This document shows, piece by piece, positions 1-13,904 of a stretch of 64,000 bases of DNA. The position numbers and the translations under genes are program-made. The notes under the pieces were generated by a model. That model was not told the origin of the DNA and did not search any database. It saw only the letters and a program-made list of their open reading frames with translations. The DNA is from Octopus vulgaris (Eukaryota): contig OX597836.1 of NCBI GenBank assembly GCA_951406725.2, forward strand, positions 37,634,001 through 37,698,000, written 5' to 3'. How positions within the stretch are numbered: the first letter of the stretch is position 1; each line of letters starts with the position of its first letter.

Positions 1-100
1 GGTTGTCAAGTGACAAACATAGACACACACATATATGTATATATACGTATATACGTATATATATATATATATGCACACACACATATATGTATATATATAC

Positions 101-166
<66 letters not shown>

Positions 167-168
<2 letters not shown>

Positions 169-790
169 CAATAATAATTCTCTAAACGAGATATAGACAG
201 TAACTGCTCCATAACATAAGGGACGTTAGCCATCTGAATGTGGCTAGGGACAGGGCAGGGCGGTGGGGTGTTATGATATTTAGCCCCAGGCGATCATCAA
301 CGTCACCAGGAGGGCTGACGCCATCACGGCGTCCTCTAGCCTGCAAAGGAGATCATTCCCCGAAGAAGCGGATGCCACATACGGACCTAGGTTTCAAGGT
401 GTTTGCCTATTATCAACGTATGGCAGGCACCGCCCCTCGACGAACGACTCTCTGTGCAGGCTATATATAAAGATTTTCACAGTAAATACATTTACTGATG
501 TAGAAAATCCGTTCGACAGCAATAATAATTCTCTAAACGAGATATAGACAGTAACTGCTCCATAACATAAGGGACGTTAGCCATCTGAATGTGGCTAGGG
601 ACAGGGCAGGGCGGTGGGGGTGTTACTGATGCATTTAGCCCCAGGCGATCATCAACGTCACCAGGAGGGCATCCGCTTCTTCGGGGAATGATCTCCCTTT
701 AGGCTAGAGGACGCCGTATGGCGTCAGCCCTCCTGGTGACGTTGATGATCGCCTGGGGCTAAATGCATCACACCCCAGTAACATTAGTAT
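167..790. repeat. Direct duplication (167-316 repeated at 518-670) followed by an inverted copy (668-776) of a GC-rich unit
   Basis: agcaataataattctctaaacgag... occurs at 167 and 518. 627-670 is the perfect reverse complement of 727-770. Confidence 0.85.
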
Positions 791-904
791 ATGTTATATA
801 TATATATATAATATATATATATATATATACACAAGTATAGTATATGGGATGGAAAAGTTCAAATCAGCCAAACTACAATGAACACATATGTAAACGGATT
901 TAAT

Positions 905-1480
905 TAAGATAAAAATAAGGATGGCGCTCTCTTGGCAGTAAATGTCTTATCTAAGCCGGAGGTCGAACGTACGTAGGAGTCGTTAAGGAAATTTCTTTTG
1001 AATGTTTTTAATCTTAGTATTGCATTTGATACTAACACAACGATTGTGAATTTTTCAGGCGTCACACATAATTCTAAACACCAAATTATATTACCCTTAC
1101 CGGAACCCAAATCAAACATTATAATATATAAACGTTTCTTCTTATCATCCTAGATTGACCCTCAATAGTATCATTATGGTTATCTCTATTAGAATATCCA
1201 ACCTATCAGCAAACATAGAGATTTTTAATGTACATGCCCTATTTTATAATCAAGCCCTAAGATTAAACAGCTTTCATGATTATATTTTCTACATCCCTGA
1301 CACCAAACTCAAATCCAAATTTGCAAATCTCCCATATGACAATCTTGAAATTGCTAAAACGATTTCTTCCTTAAATTATAAAAGTATAAGAAAATCTTTC
1401 GTTAACCATGCTAAACTTCATAACCTTCATTCTAGTAACTGCATTGGATCAGCTGATCCGTCGTTCGCTCAAAACCAATG
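905..1480 (+). pseudogene. Degenerate Penelope-like element reverse transcriptase fragment (RT C-terminus/thumb)
   Basis: Manual translation across stops and a frameshift gives ...NTTIVNFSGVT...YPYRNPNQTL*YINVSSYHP...RISNLSANIEIF...YNQAL, matching the PLE pattern VNFLDVT...YxPYRKPN...YI...SxHP...RLSxLS. Confidence 0.7.
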
Positions 1481-1483
1481 ACA

Positions 1484-1854
1484 TCACAAACAAATTCTTT
1501 TCGACCCTTTAGGATTGGAATTTTTGAAAAGTAAAAATTTTGCATAATAATAATAACAATAATAACAATAATAATAATAATAACATTTTTCTGGTTGAAA
1601 TACACCGATAAATAGCGACACTACAGTAATAAATAGTAAAAAATAGGGATTTTCATAGAAAAAAACCACCTTTTTGATGTAAATAATTTATGGTCCGATT
1701 TGAATTTTTTTCTCCTACGGAATAAAGAGCAAGCTTTCTTCTATCATACTCTCAATTTTGGTCAACTTGCGCCGCAGGGTCTCGGAGGAGATAGTGTTAG
1801 TTGAAGGCTACCAAATCTGCCATACACTGACAACTTCAGCTTTATATATAATGA
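1484..1854 (-). mobile_element. Non-autonomous Helitron-like element, 5' part
   Basis: Minus strand begins TCATTATATATAAAGCTG..., the same 5' architecture as the Helitrons at 25721-26625. No 3' CTAG end seen. Confidence 0.5.
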
Positions 1855-2350
1855 TAGTTACTTGGATCCACTATAGGATAACAACACCTCCGTTTTCAGG
1901 GGAGAATTTTACATTTGCTGTGTTGATAGGATGGAGTTTAAAGATGGAATGATTTTGTAGAGATCTAAGTGTGTTAGGAAGGGTAGTGAGGGAGTTTTCG
2001 ATAGAGAGTCGTTGGAGGAGAAGATAGATTTCGGGGTTAGGATTAATAATGAGGCTAGTGATAGTAGTAGACATGGAAGGTAGAAGGTAGAATGAAAGGG
2101 ACGGGTGGTTTAGGTAGTATATGAATGATGATCTTTGTGATAGTTTGTATGAAGGCTATAGAGTTAAAGGTTGAGACAATGAAAGAGGCTTGTATTTAAT
2201 TGGGGAGTTGACTGGTTCAGTAGCCAAGGGGGATGAGAAGGTGGTCAAAAGTAGTTGTTAGTACTATTCTTTTTCTCTTGATAATGTTTATATCTTAACT
2301 ATCATAACACCATCAATGAACTATTGTGTGTAATATTGGCACGTGTATAA

Positions 2351-2580
2351 GGCGGCGAGCTGGCAGAAACGTTAGCGCGCCGGGCGAAATGCTTCGCGGT
2401 ATTTCGTCTGTCTTTACGTTCTGAGTTCAAATTCCGCCAAGGACGACTTTGCCTTTCATCCTCTCGGGGTCGATAAATAAAGTACCAGTTTCGCACTGGG
2501 TCGATGTAATCGACTTAATCCGTTTGTCTGTCTTTGTTTGCCCCCTCTATGTCTAGCCCCTTGTGGGTAGTAAAGAAATA
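2351..2580 (+). mobile_element. SINE family A (tRNA-like head, Meta-like central domain), full length
   Basis: A/B-box-like tggcagaaacgtt / gagttcaaattcc, core gactttgcctttcatcc...gtcgataaataaagtaccag, tail ...gccccttgtgggtagtaaagaaata. 15-bp TSD atattggcac(g/a)tgta at 2333-2347 and 2582-2596. Confidence 0.9.
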
Positions 2581-3584
2581 TATATTGGCACATGTAAGGA
2601 TGTGTAGAACGTGTATGTTTTTGTATATGCATAGCAACGACGGTTTCTACGGAACGCTTGCGTCATTAAAAGAAACAAACACTTCTGAGTGTTTCGTAAG
2701 TTAGCCTAAACTTTGTTAAATTTCGTTTAGAAATTCTCCCTGAGGATATACACAATTCACTGGTTTCGCATATGGAATTTTATTTCTGAAATTAAAGAAT
2801 TGTGTATGGAGACAACTATAGGTAGGCGTCTCTGTATAATTTGAATGTGTTTAGATAAAAACACCTGTACGTAAACATTTTTTCCATTTTCTTCATTTTC
2901 TTATTTTAAATTGTCTGTGTATATAATACATATTAAAAATTATATTAAAACTATGTAAAGTGTGTGCTTTTCTCTTCTTTAATTTCTGATATATATATTA
3001 TATAAAATCCGTTCTGTCTGTCTCTGTGTGCGCCCAAATTTGATATGCAGATACCGACGGTATCAGGGCGTGTATAATTACAAAAATCGATTCCAAGTGA
3101 GAATGCGAACGATAAAGCTGTGGGAACGTGCATTTGTACGCGTAAGTACATCAGGAATGTGGTTTACAAGGCTGCGCTCCACTAGCATTTCCATGCCCTT
3201 GAACATCCCGTAAAGTAAGTTAGCTTAAAATTAGTTACTTAGTTCCCTAGGTTGTTGCTTTTCATCAAAAATCGCCCCAAGTTGATTTTCTACATGTTTT
3301 ATCGGATAAACTTATTATTGTCCCAAGTACGTTCTCATAAATTCATCATGCTTTTCCATCTAGATTTACCTCCGGCTAACCCAGTTGCATGCATCATTTT
3401 TGTCCTGCTTTTCTTCCGTCATCCTGTACATAACTGCGCCTTCAATTTCTTTTGTTTTTGTACTGCTTAAAGGGATGTTTCTTTCCTGCCAAGCTTGATA
3501 TTTAAACCATTAACTCCCCCTTTCACATGCACGTACATATCACCCCACCACTCCAAAAATGAATACATAATTAACCTAGTTTTC

Positions 3585-3766
3585 AGGGAGATTCAGCGTG
3601 ACACAGGTTGTGACAAGACTGGCTCTTTGAAATAGAGGTTCTACTCGTTTTTGACAGCTGAGTGATTTGGAGCAACGTGAAATAAAATGTCTTGCTTAAA
3701 GGCACAACGCACCGCCGTCAATTGAACTCACGATCGTAAACCGAATACCCCTAACCACTAAACCAC
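3585..3766 (-). mobile_element. Degenerate tRNA-derived SINE of another family
   Basis: Minus strand reads agtggtttagtggttagg...gagttcaatt...gttgtgcctttaagcaagacattttatttcac. Confidence 0.55.
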
Positions 3767-4749
3767 TAAAAGTCTTCATGGTGTATATATATTAATGTAA
3801 TATTTAAGTAGTACGCTCTATGAAGGGAATTGTTAAATTCTTTAGTGTTTGAAATTATACATAAAACACAATTCCTGCTTTGAAATTGCCTAACTTGGTA
3901 CTGCTGTCTTTGTGCATGCCAACTTTTGACATTCATGGATATGTTTACCATTTAGCTGGTTCGCTTTCGCTCCAAAGCAATGAAGATCCAAATTTCAATA
4001 CTAGGTCTAGTACCTCAGCTAGGATATTCATAAAACCAGAAATATAAGGATGTATGAAGGACGTAAACCTGATTGCCCTTAACCATCATAGATCGTAGGC
4101 ATAACAGATCGGTCAACAGTTTTTTGTGCAGTTTATACCACCAGAGGAATACATCCCATATACATAATTCTTAACATGTGGTAACACCATTTGGTAGCAT
4201 TTCTTTTATTTCAGGGCGTGGAATTTTAGGGAAAATGGTTCATTTTCACCAGTAGATTGAAATAGCCCAGAACGTCACTTCTATTGTAACTGATGTTTTA
4301 CAAGAAGAATGACATCTTCCCACGGTGAATTCCATCGTTCTTTCTGAGATAAATCATCGCATACGCAATCGAGATCAAGTTCTAAATACGTCGTTTGTTA
4401 TTTAAATATCAGATTGCTCTGAAAGAAGGATTTAAGCTTCTTATGTTCGGTTTCAAGTGTGTAGGTGGCTGAAATACGTTCTTTTGGCATTTATTCTTTT
4501 ATTTCTTTCAGTCTTTGGAATGTGACCATGCAATAGCAAGAGCTTCAAGGATTTTGAGTCGATAAAATGGGCCCCGGCACATATTTTGTCATCCTAAGGG
4601 TCGACGAAGCTAAGTTTCATCATGGCGTAAAGAAAATTATCGGCACCTCGTACAAGAATGTACTTTTGTCCGACTCACTGTATTCTGTTCGGCCATACAT
4701 ACACACACACACACAAGTATAAACTAGCACATACATAGACATGTATGTG

Positions 4750-4806
<57 letters not shown>

Positions 4807-4993
4807 GTGTGTGTGAGTGTGTGTGTGTTAATGGTTATGCAACTACATAATTATCTATCGTTTAGTTACGTCGTGCAAAATGGAGTAATTCGAGTAAGGA
4901 CATGCCAGAAAGTGGTGGCAGCTATGTGTGTGTGTGTATGTGTGTGTGTGCATGTGTGTGTCTGTATGTTTACATACATACGTATGTATGTGC

Positions 4994-5032
<39 letters not shown>

Positions 5033-5522
5033 GAGAGAGAGAGAGAGGAGAGACGAAATAGGGAGATTCAGAGGAGAACGAGAACAGAGAAAGAGAACGA
5101 ATAATAAATAGAGCGAGAACAAAGAGATGCCGGGAATGTTGCTATTCATATCAGAGTAGTGGCAACGTAGATAAAGATAATGGTAAATGGTGATGGTGGA
5201 ACTATGATGACACTTGTTCGTTGTTTGAGGTCATGCTGGTGGAGGAGGTGGATGGGGCGGTGAAGTGTGTTTGTTGTTGTGGTTGTGGTGTTGGTTATAG
5301 TTTGTGACATCAGTTGTATGTTTCTTTGTCGTTATTAATTGTAGTGATCGGATAACGAACACGAACGGTGTGATTTTTTACAATTCATTCTCTTTAAAGG
5401 GATATTACTAATATGTGGTAAGTCTGTGTGTGTGTGTGTGTTTGTGTATGTGTGTGTGTGTTTATGTGTGTGCGCGTGTGTGTGCGTGTGCGTGTGTGTG
5501 TGTGTAAGTTTTTGCATTAAAA

Positions 5523-5691
5523 TATCTTTACTACCCACAAGGGGCTAAACACAGAGGGGACAAACAAGGACAGACAAACGGATTAAGTCGATTACATCGA
5601 AACCCAGTGCGTAACTGGTACTTAATTTATCGACCCCGAAAGGATGAAAGGCAAAGTCGACCTCGGCGGAATTTGAACTCTGAACGTAGCG
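5523..5691 (-). mobile_element. SINE family A, 5'-truncated
   Basis: Reverse complement of the SINE-A core and tail. Confidence 0.85.
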
Positions 5692-6199
5692 GGAGTGGAA
5701 CGTACAATTTCCTGTAAGCCAGACCGCCTCGTGATCCGAACAGACAAAATAGGATAGGCTTTGGCCCCGGAGGATGGTAAAGGAAATGCGCTGGATCAGC
5801 TACTCTTATTTTAAGGGGATCGCACTTGCGAACAGCAGGGATGTGCCCGTTTTCTTGACATATTCACTACCCAACTAGTTCATAATTAAAACAAACTTAA
5901 TCAGGCCAAATGCACATCCCCTAAAGATTATTAGCCACATCCCCTAAAGATTATTATGAGTAGTTATTTATAGTTTCAAGTGTAATATCAAGAATTATGT
6001 CGTCTAGAATTCTCCAGTATGCAAAGTTGTTACAACTGGAACACATTGAAAAGTATGGTTAATAAGTTTCCGGATTACCAAATTTGATTCTAAACTCAAT
6101 TAGCATTGGATCTGCTTAGATGCGTCAGGAATACTAGACTGTATATTAGACATACTACACACTTTTCCATTACCTAATTATACTCTGGAGGCAAGGGAA

Positions 6200-6493
6200 G
6201 GCGGCGACATAGCAGACACGTTAACACACCGGGCGAAATGCTTAGCAGGATTTCATGTTTTTTGGCGGCGAGCTGGCAGAAACGTTAGCACACCGGGCGA
6301 AATGCGTAGCCGTATTTCGTCTGCCGTTACGTTCTGGGTTCAAATTCCACCGAGGTCAACTTTGCCTTTCATCTTTTCGGGGTCGATAAATTAAGTACCA
6401 GTTACGCACTGAGGTCGATGTAATCGACTTAACCCGTTTGTCTGTCCTTGTTTGTCCCCTCTGTGTTTAGCCCCTTGTGGGTAGTAAAGAAAT
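6200..6493 (+). mobile_element. SINE family A, extra head plus full copy
   Basis: Head fragment 6200-6262, then a full copy. 17-bp TSD tatact(c/t)tggaggcaag at 6179-6195 and 6495-6511. Confidence 0.9.
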
Positions 6494-8838
6494 ATATACT
6501 TTGGAGGCAAGAATAGAGCCAAGGCTATGGAAAAAAACACTTTTTTTTTCTCAAGGTGTTATGAGGCGAGATCGGATTCAAAACTTCGTGATTGTAAAGT
6601 GAAAGTCTTAATCAGTCAGCTATGCCTATTCCTCGTGAACAGTTATTAGAAATTGACTTCTGAAGCTGTTTCGTTTCTCAGCTGAGCACTCTTGCTTGAA
6701 TCGTTCCTTCTCTTTGGTTTTGTATCACGTTATATATTCCTCCTGTATATACGCTTCTAAATTAATATCATATTGTTAATATACATTAATATATTCTTCT
6801 TTCCTATGTCGAACAAAACCACCAATCTCCACCGAACACCCAGACTGCGACTTTTCGATATACTTTTATTGTTTCTGAATTTATTGAGTAGAAGAACATT
6901 TGTGGCATTGCTACACTAATTATGAGATAGTTCTTTTAAACGCGCTTCATAAATGGTGAGAGAAATAACCTATCAAAGTGCTGGTCACTTTTGAGGGATT
7001 TTCAAAACTCAATGAAATGCATGGAGCTAAATCGTTAAATTTTTTTATATACCGAGTTAAAATTCCTCAAGCTTGATTTATCCTTTCATTCTTCTAAGAG
7101 TGTGACTGTTTTTAAATCTTGTTTAAAATTCGCCATGTTATTTCTAAAATATTTATTTCTGGTTTAGACACAAAACCACAAGTGTTTGGATAGAAATATA
7201 GTCGAATTTTATCGAAACTAGACAAATAATTGCTTTAACGAACTCGGAAGGATGAAAGACAAATTTGTTCTCAGTGAGATTTGAACTAAATACTACAATG
7301 AATTTTGTCCTCACTCTGTTATTTTTTGAAATAACAGCGTGTTGCATTTGTTTACAATAATATTTCCTGACATTCATCATAAAATGATGTTGATCAAAGT
7401 ATCATTGAACATTAAAAACGTAAATAAAACTCTCGTCAACAGGAAGTTTGACATTGAGTGTAACATTACTGGAATATGGAAACGTTATATGTTTTGTTCT
7501 TTTATATGATTACTTTCAAGATTGTATTCTTGTCACTGACCTCTGTAGTTCATGGGGGCTGCTTTTTATATCTAGTTTCTCTGATGGTAAGCCGATTAAG
7601 GACAAATGTGTAATAGAACCGAACATCATGTTAGTTAGTAATACGTAATCAACGCAATGTGACTTTGGTTGAGTACCATAATTGGATTAACAGGAAAGGA
7701 AATACAAGCATGATATATACGTAACCTCTCCTAGACCAGTCGAAATGCACGTGAGATGAAAATAGTATAATGGGCACAGGAAACGTACGTCCCTGAATCT
7801 CTCATGGATATTAGGAGCGTTGAACGGAAATGAAATGTAAAAGAGGTCTAAACCGGGTGGTTCTCTCAGCTATCTGATAATCGTCAACGTATGTTTCTAA
7901 GATTATGATACTGTTTTCTCGGTACATAAAACACGTGTTGTAGATTGTCACCAAGTAATTAAGGCTTCAAATTAAAATGTGATAGATCCCCATAGTTATT
8001 GAAATTAGTCGCTGCTAATTTGGTAAAGCAGTGCTGATTGACTAAAACTTGCGACCAGATGAATTCCAGCCGTCACCAGCCGGTTCTTTAGCGCGTATGT
8101 AGGAATATGCTGTCTCGTGCATTTTTCTTGTTTAAAACATTGAAGTGCGATTTGAGGGAAATTTGGATCCTATTTTTAACAGACCAGAGCAGACATATAA
8201 AGCTTCCTTTGTTATCGCATGGAATGCGAATTAATTATCCACCGGGTAGCGTTCAAATGTTCTTGCTATCTTTTACCCAAATAACATAGCCGTGTGTAGG
8301 TACGGTAAGATGGAAAGAATAACTGACGGTGCCTAAATATTATAGTTTCTATAGGTACGATAGTGTGGAAAGAAACCTCTGTGTTGTTTGAATAACATAT
8401 CTTCATGTAGATATGATAACATGGAGAAAATTCATCTTTATTGCTTAAAAAACATTGCTGTGAGTAGGCACATTAAGTGAGAAAATTCACCGGCACCACC
8501 CAAACAACAACAGTTTCGATAATGCGAAAAGAACCACCATTATAAATAGAGGTAATACTACAAAAGTGATGATTATTTCGGCTTTTTCTTTTACGTCTTA
8601 CTGAGCAAGAACTGCAGTTATACAGAGCATCTAAAGCTAGTTAAGTGGTGGGAGGGGACACAACCTACGCATCGTTGTCTGGTCGAAAACCTGGCCGTAA
8701 GCTTTACAAAAGAGAGGTGTTCACTAAATGCACGGAAGGACAAGCTAGTGGCAATTGTTCAACCTGTTAAAAATAGTAGTTGATTTTCTTTCTAACCATT
8801 CCATATCAATTTTATAAAACGAACCCTTTCGATAATGT

Positions 8839-9219
8839 TGGCAGAAACGTTAGCGCGCCGGGCGAAATGCTTAGCGGTATTTCGTCTGCCGCTACGTTCT
8901 GAGTTCAAATTCCGCCGAGGTCGACTTTGCCTTTCAGCCTTTCGGGGTTGATTAAATAAGTACCAGTTACGCACTGGAGTCGATATAATCGACTTAATCC
9001 GTTTGTCTGTCCTTGTTTGTCTTCTCTGTGTTTAGTCCCTTGTTGGTAGTAAAGAAATAGGTATTTCGTCTGTCGTTACGTTTTGAGTTCAAATTCCGCC
9101 GAAGTCGACTGTGCCTTTCATCCTTTTGGGGTCGATAAATAAAGTACCAGTTTAGCACTGGGATCGATGTAATTGTTTGTCCCCTCTATGTTTAGCCACT
9201 TGTGAGTAGTAAAGAAATA
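8839..9219 (+). mobile_element. SINE family A dimer
   Basis: Body+tail repeated, with junction aaagaaatag|gtatttcg at 9060. Confidence 0.9.
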
Positions 9220-9287
9220 TATATTATGCCAGAAGGTGCGATGGCCATAACTAGAATGCCTGTTATAAAAAGCCTTCTTAGTTTATA

Positions 9288-9696
9288 GGCGCAGGAGTGG
9301 CTGTGTGGTAAGTAGCTTGCCTACCAACCACATCGTTCTGGGTTCAGTCCCACTGCGTGGCATCTTGGGCAAGTGTCTTCTGCTATAGCCTCGGGCCGAC
9401 CAATGCCTTGTGATTGGATTTGGTAGACGGAAACTGAAAGAAGCCTGTCGTATATATGTATATATATGTATGTATGTATGTGTATGTATATGTTTGTGTG
9501 TCTGTGTTTGTCCCTCTAGCATTGCTTGACAACCAATGCTGGTGTGTTTACGTCCCCGTAACTTAGCGGTTCGGCAAAAGAGACCGATAGAATAAGTACT
9601 GGGCTTACAAAGAATAAGTCCCGGGGTCGATTTGCTCGACTAAAGGCGGTGCTCCAGCATGGCCGCAGTCAAATGACTGAAACAAGTAAAAGAGAG
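9288..9696 (+). mobile_element. SINE family B (tRNA-like head, internal microsatellite, tail ...gactgaaacaagtaaaaga)
   Basis: Head ggcgcaggagtggctgtgtggtaag...gggttcagtccc with a CORE/V-like cttgggcaagtgtctt motif. Near-identical copies at 11524, 37202 and 45619. Confidence 0.9.
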
Positions 9697-10490
9697 TTAA
9701 TGCCGTCTTAGAGTTAGAAGACAACATCATATATATTCACTGAGAATTTCGTGCCATGCGTGTCATAAGGCGATGGGCTGGTTTAAAACTCAAGCAACCG
9801 AATTGATGGTTGTTACAGCGACAATCTTTCATTCGAGTCAGCTAGTTCTCACTCTCTGGAAAAATAAAAACAATCATACAACGAAATATTAACCTCTGTG
9901 TGGTTGATCGACCTACATGTATCAATAGCCAAATCTCTTTCAACCTATTAATATGTCTTAAATGAAGAATCTTATGTTATATAATATAGTTATAGATAAG
10001 AGGGGATGGTCCCAGCTTGAGCTCGTTTAATCATGGGCTTACATGTAAAAACTGACTAAAGACTAAACAACAATGTTAAGATCCTTTAAAACAATAAATA
10101 ACTCAAAAAGTCTGGGAAAATAACAAACGTGTATGCGATGTTTTTTGAACGTATCATGCTTTAAAAAACAAGAAAAATAGTAGATTTTTACCAAGGGAAA
10201 GAGTTACAAATAAGACCCCAAAAAAAAACTAGTAATAAGTTGTAATACTTGACGAACACACAGCTTGGTTAAGCTAGTCTTTCTCTGTTTATCTAAATTT
10301 TCAATGAAACTCATTGATTACGAAGTGAAAGAAAGGAAAGGGAAGAAATGGGACAGTTATAAACACGTTTTTGTTCATGTAATATTCACTTAAAATTATT
10401 GCCAGCCACAGTCAGCCTATTCAGTTCGCACTGTCACACATGTTGTCTCTAAACCCAAACCCATGTGTATCCATATCATATATGTGGGTG

Positions 10491-10558
<68 letters not shown>

Positions 10559-10739
10559 GTATATATATATATGTATATATATATTTATGAATATATATAT
10601 ATATGTATATATATATGTATATATATATATGTATATATATATATGAATATATATATGTATATATATATGTAGGTCCCGGTTATATAGTATATATATATAG
10701 TATATATATATATATATATATCAAGAAATCTTATGTATG

Positions 10740-10805
<66 letters not shown>

Positions 10806-11523
10806 ATATATATATGTATATATATATGTATATACTATACACACACACGCACACATGCATGAATGTATAGGTAAATGTGTGTGTGTGTGAAAATGTCTAT
10901 TTTTTGTTTATATATGTATATATACACATTAATGCACACACGCGCCCGCGCGCATACACACACACACGAACACACACGGATGGATGCATGGATTGATGGA
11001 TGGATGGATTATATTATATTGTAATATATTTCATAATAAACTTACATACATACATGTATGCATGTATGTATGCCATTTTGAGCCAGTGTGGCAGAGTAGA
11101 CTCACAAGACCAATTTGATCTCGGGCTCAATTCACGGCCACCACATCGAGCCGTGGTTGGTGGACAGATCATGCTGAGGCTTTCGTCTTACAGTTGACTG
11201 ACCATAGCCAAGCCAATCCAATGCATGCATGCATACATATAAATTGTGTGTATGTGGGTGTGATTGTATGTATGGATATGTATATACACATACATACATA
11301 TATATAAAAATTAGAAAAAAACACCTTTTATCAATTCAAAATGAACAATTAAATTACACCATCTAGAAAATTACATATAATAGAAATATTAAAATTAAAA
11401 TAACAATAAAATACCGATGATTAAGTAAATTATATCATGTGAAATTTGATTTAGTTTTTCTAAATTGAATTTTTTCCCTGTAAGTTAGGATTAATATTCC
11501 CTCAAATAATCATTATATATATA

Positions 11524-11936
11524 CAGGAGTGGCTGTGTGGTAAGTAGCTTGCTAACCAACCACATGGTTCCGGGTTCAGTCCCACTGCGTGGCATCTTGG
11601 GCAAATGTCTTCTGCTATAGCCCCGGGCCGACCAATGCCTTGTGAGTGGATTTGGTAGACGGAGACTGAAAGAAGCCTATCGTATATATGTATATGTATA
11701 TAAGTGTGTGTGTATATGTTTGTGTGTCTGTGTTTGTCCCCCTAGCATTGCTTGACAACCGATGCTGGTGTGTTTATGTCCCCGTCACGTAGCGGTTCGG
11801 CAAAAGAAACCGATAAAATAAGTACTAGGCTTACAAAGAATAAGTCCCGGGGTCGAGTTGCTCGACTAAAGGCGGTGCTCCAGCATGGCCGCAGTCAAAT
11901 GACTGAAACAAGTAAAAGAGTAAAAGAGTAAAGAGT
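11524..11936 (+). mobile_element. SINE family B
   Basis: Collinear with 9288-9696; tail repeats (gtaaaaga)n. Confidence 0.9.
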
Positions 11937-12010
11937 AATATATATATATTGTGTGCGTTTGCGTTTGTACAAACGTACATGCATGCACACATAATGCACA
12001 ATTTACTACT

Positions 12011-12237
12011 TACGAGGGTGGGGTGCTGATAAGTTCCTGACTTTAAAGGTCTCGCGAAAGGCTTGGTTGGAGGCCCACCCTTCCGAATTCCTTTACAAGG
12101 ATTAGGAAAAACTTGAAGGGTTGCTGCAGTAAGTGTGTGAATCTGAGAGGAGAGAATACGTTGAATAAAATCATAATTAACTGACCTTCCTGTATTTTCT
12201 TTTACCCAAAGCCAGGAACTTTTCAGCACCCTGTCGT
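12011..12237. mobile_element. Mariner-type MITE (partial sibling at 63298-63400)
   Basis: Imperfect TIRs tacgagggtggggtgctgataagttcctg / caggaacttttcagcaccctgtcgt. Confidence 0.7.
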
Positions 12238-12613
12238 CTGTGCATCTGTGCACCCGCACACACACACACACACACACACCCGCACTCACACACACACACA
12301 AAGATACACACAGATTTACATGCAACAAGTCTATTTACTATAGAACTCTACTAAGGTATTCCTGTGTTTTCCGTGACTTCTAGATTCTATTACTTGGCAC
12401 GCCCATTCATACAATTACACAAAAGAGAGCTTTATAACAAATCTGAATAAAATGAACGATCGTTAAACAATGTCATAATACTCGAAGGTTCTGTTGCTAT
12501 CGTTGCTCTTATCGTGTTTGTTGTTGTTGTTGTTGTTGCTGCTGCGGCTGTTGTGATTGCTATATCGTCGTTGTTGTTGTTGTTGTTGTTTTTGCTTATT
12601 CCTTGTTGTTGCT

Positions 12614-12990
12614 GTTTGTTTGTTTGTTTGTTGAGCGAAGCGGTCTTTGTCCCATTAGTGGGAGAAGTCCGAAACATGGTCCTTTGCTATTCGTAAGACC
12701 CGCAGAAGAGAAAGCAGGTCAACTTCGCCGACACCGAGAGCATCGACGGATGGATGAATGCGCATCCAGGCTCAGCGGTTGCGTAGAAAGTCGGGGACAA
12801 GAAACAGGAAAAAGGGTGAGATAAAGTTGGAGCGAAAGAGTACAGCAGGGGTCGCCACTAGCCCCTGCCGGAGCCTCGTGGAGCTTTAGGTGTTTTCGCT
12901 CAATAAACACACACAACGCCCGATCTGGAAATCGAAACCACGATCCTCCGACTGTGAGTCCGCTGCCCTAACCACTGGGCCATTGCGCCT
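12614..12990 (-). mobile_element. SINE family C, tail variant 1
   Basis: tRNA-like head aggcgcaatggcccagtggttagggc...ggtttcgatttcc, body shared with 46785-47069, ends in (AAAC)n. Confidence 0.8.
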
Positions 12991-13475
12991 GTTGTTGCTG
13001 TTGATGTTTAGCTCCAGGAAAATTACAACCAGTGGCGTAGTTACACTATGTGCCAACCAAGGTAGCCCTTGACTTTGCCGCTACCCACCCCGGGCCGCCA
13101 AGATTATACCACAGAAACAAGTGGTCACTTCCATAAAAGAACCCCGGGTGGGCTGCTCCCTCCTCTCCACCACCCCAGCTATCATTGATCCTTACTAGGC
13201 AAATCAAAGGCACACCCGTCCCTTTAGCTAATGTCTAGAACTGCATTATTTAATGTCCTTGTCCTTCCCTTCCTTTAAAAATAATAATGTGTAACTTGAT
13301 GGGATACTCGTTGTTATTTCTAGTGGGCGGAGTAGCCATATATAGTTTCACGTTTTTACTCAATTTACTTGTAGTTGCTAATGTTTAACCCAATTAGAAT
13401 ACCCTGATCATATGTATTCTGACCGTGATAATCACATCCTTTTCCGAAGAACAGCTAGTTTCACATTATCTAACA

Positions 13476-13739
13476 CAGTGGTTGTCAACTGGGGTCCATA
13501 TGGCCCTTGGGTATCCATATGGTCCTTGTGGGTTCATATAAGATTTTGTTGATAAACATTATCAGCAATAAATTGGTTATACTTCTATAACACGCAAAAT
13601 ATTTCAATAATTTTTAATAATATTTAATTATAAAAATATAACAGGACTTTTTAAATAGCAAATGGCTGTAAGGGCCCACCGGAGTAAAATAAGAATCGAA
13701 GGGGTTCATAGGTAAAAAAAAAATGGTTGAGAATCACTG
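13476..13739. mobile_element. hAT MITE
   Basis: TIRs cagtggttgtcaac / gttgagaatcactg. Perfect 8-bp TSD atctaaca at 13468-13475 and 13740-13747. Confidence 0.9.
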
Positions 13740-13904
13740 ATCTAACATGTTATTTTCGAAGCCAATAATATGTATTTTGAGTGCAATCTGGTTCATATTT
13801 CTACAAACAGTATCACCAAATATGGTTTCCTTCTTGGCCGTTTCTAAATTTAGTTAAATAATTACTGTAGCTTTATGCTTTATCATTTATTTTTTAAAGC
13901 GTTT

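Noticed and set aside
2302-2496. Recurrent MRNWY...ERQSRPRRNLNSER peptides
   Set aside because: Antisense translation of SINE-A copies, not a gene family.
7745-7800. gaaa-cgtacg-tc hammerhead 3' half
   Set aside because: No CTGANGA box or stem II upstream.
13030-13187. Possible hAT MITE starting cagtggcgtag
   Set aside because: Right TIR degenerate and no 8-bp TSD; too weak to call.
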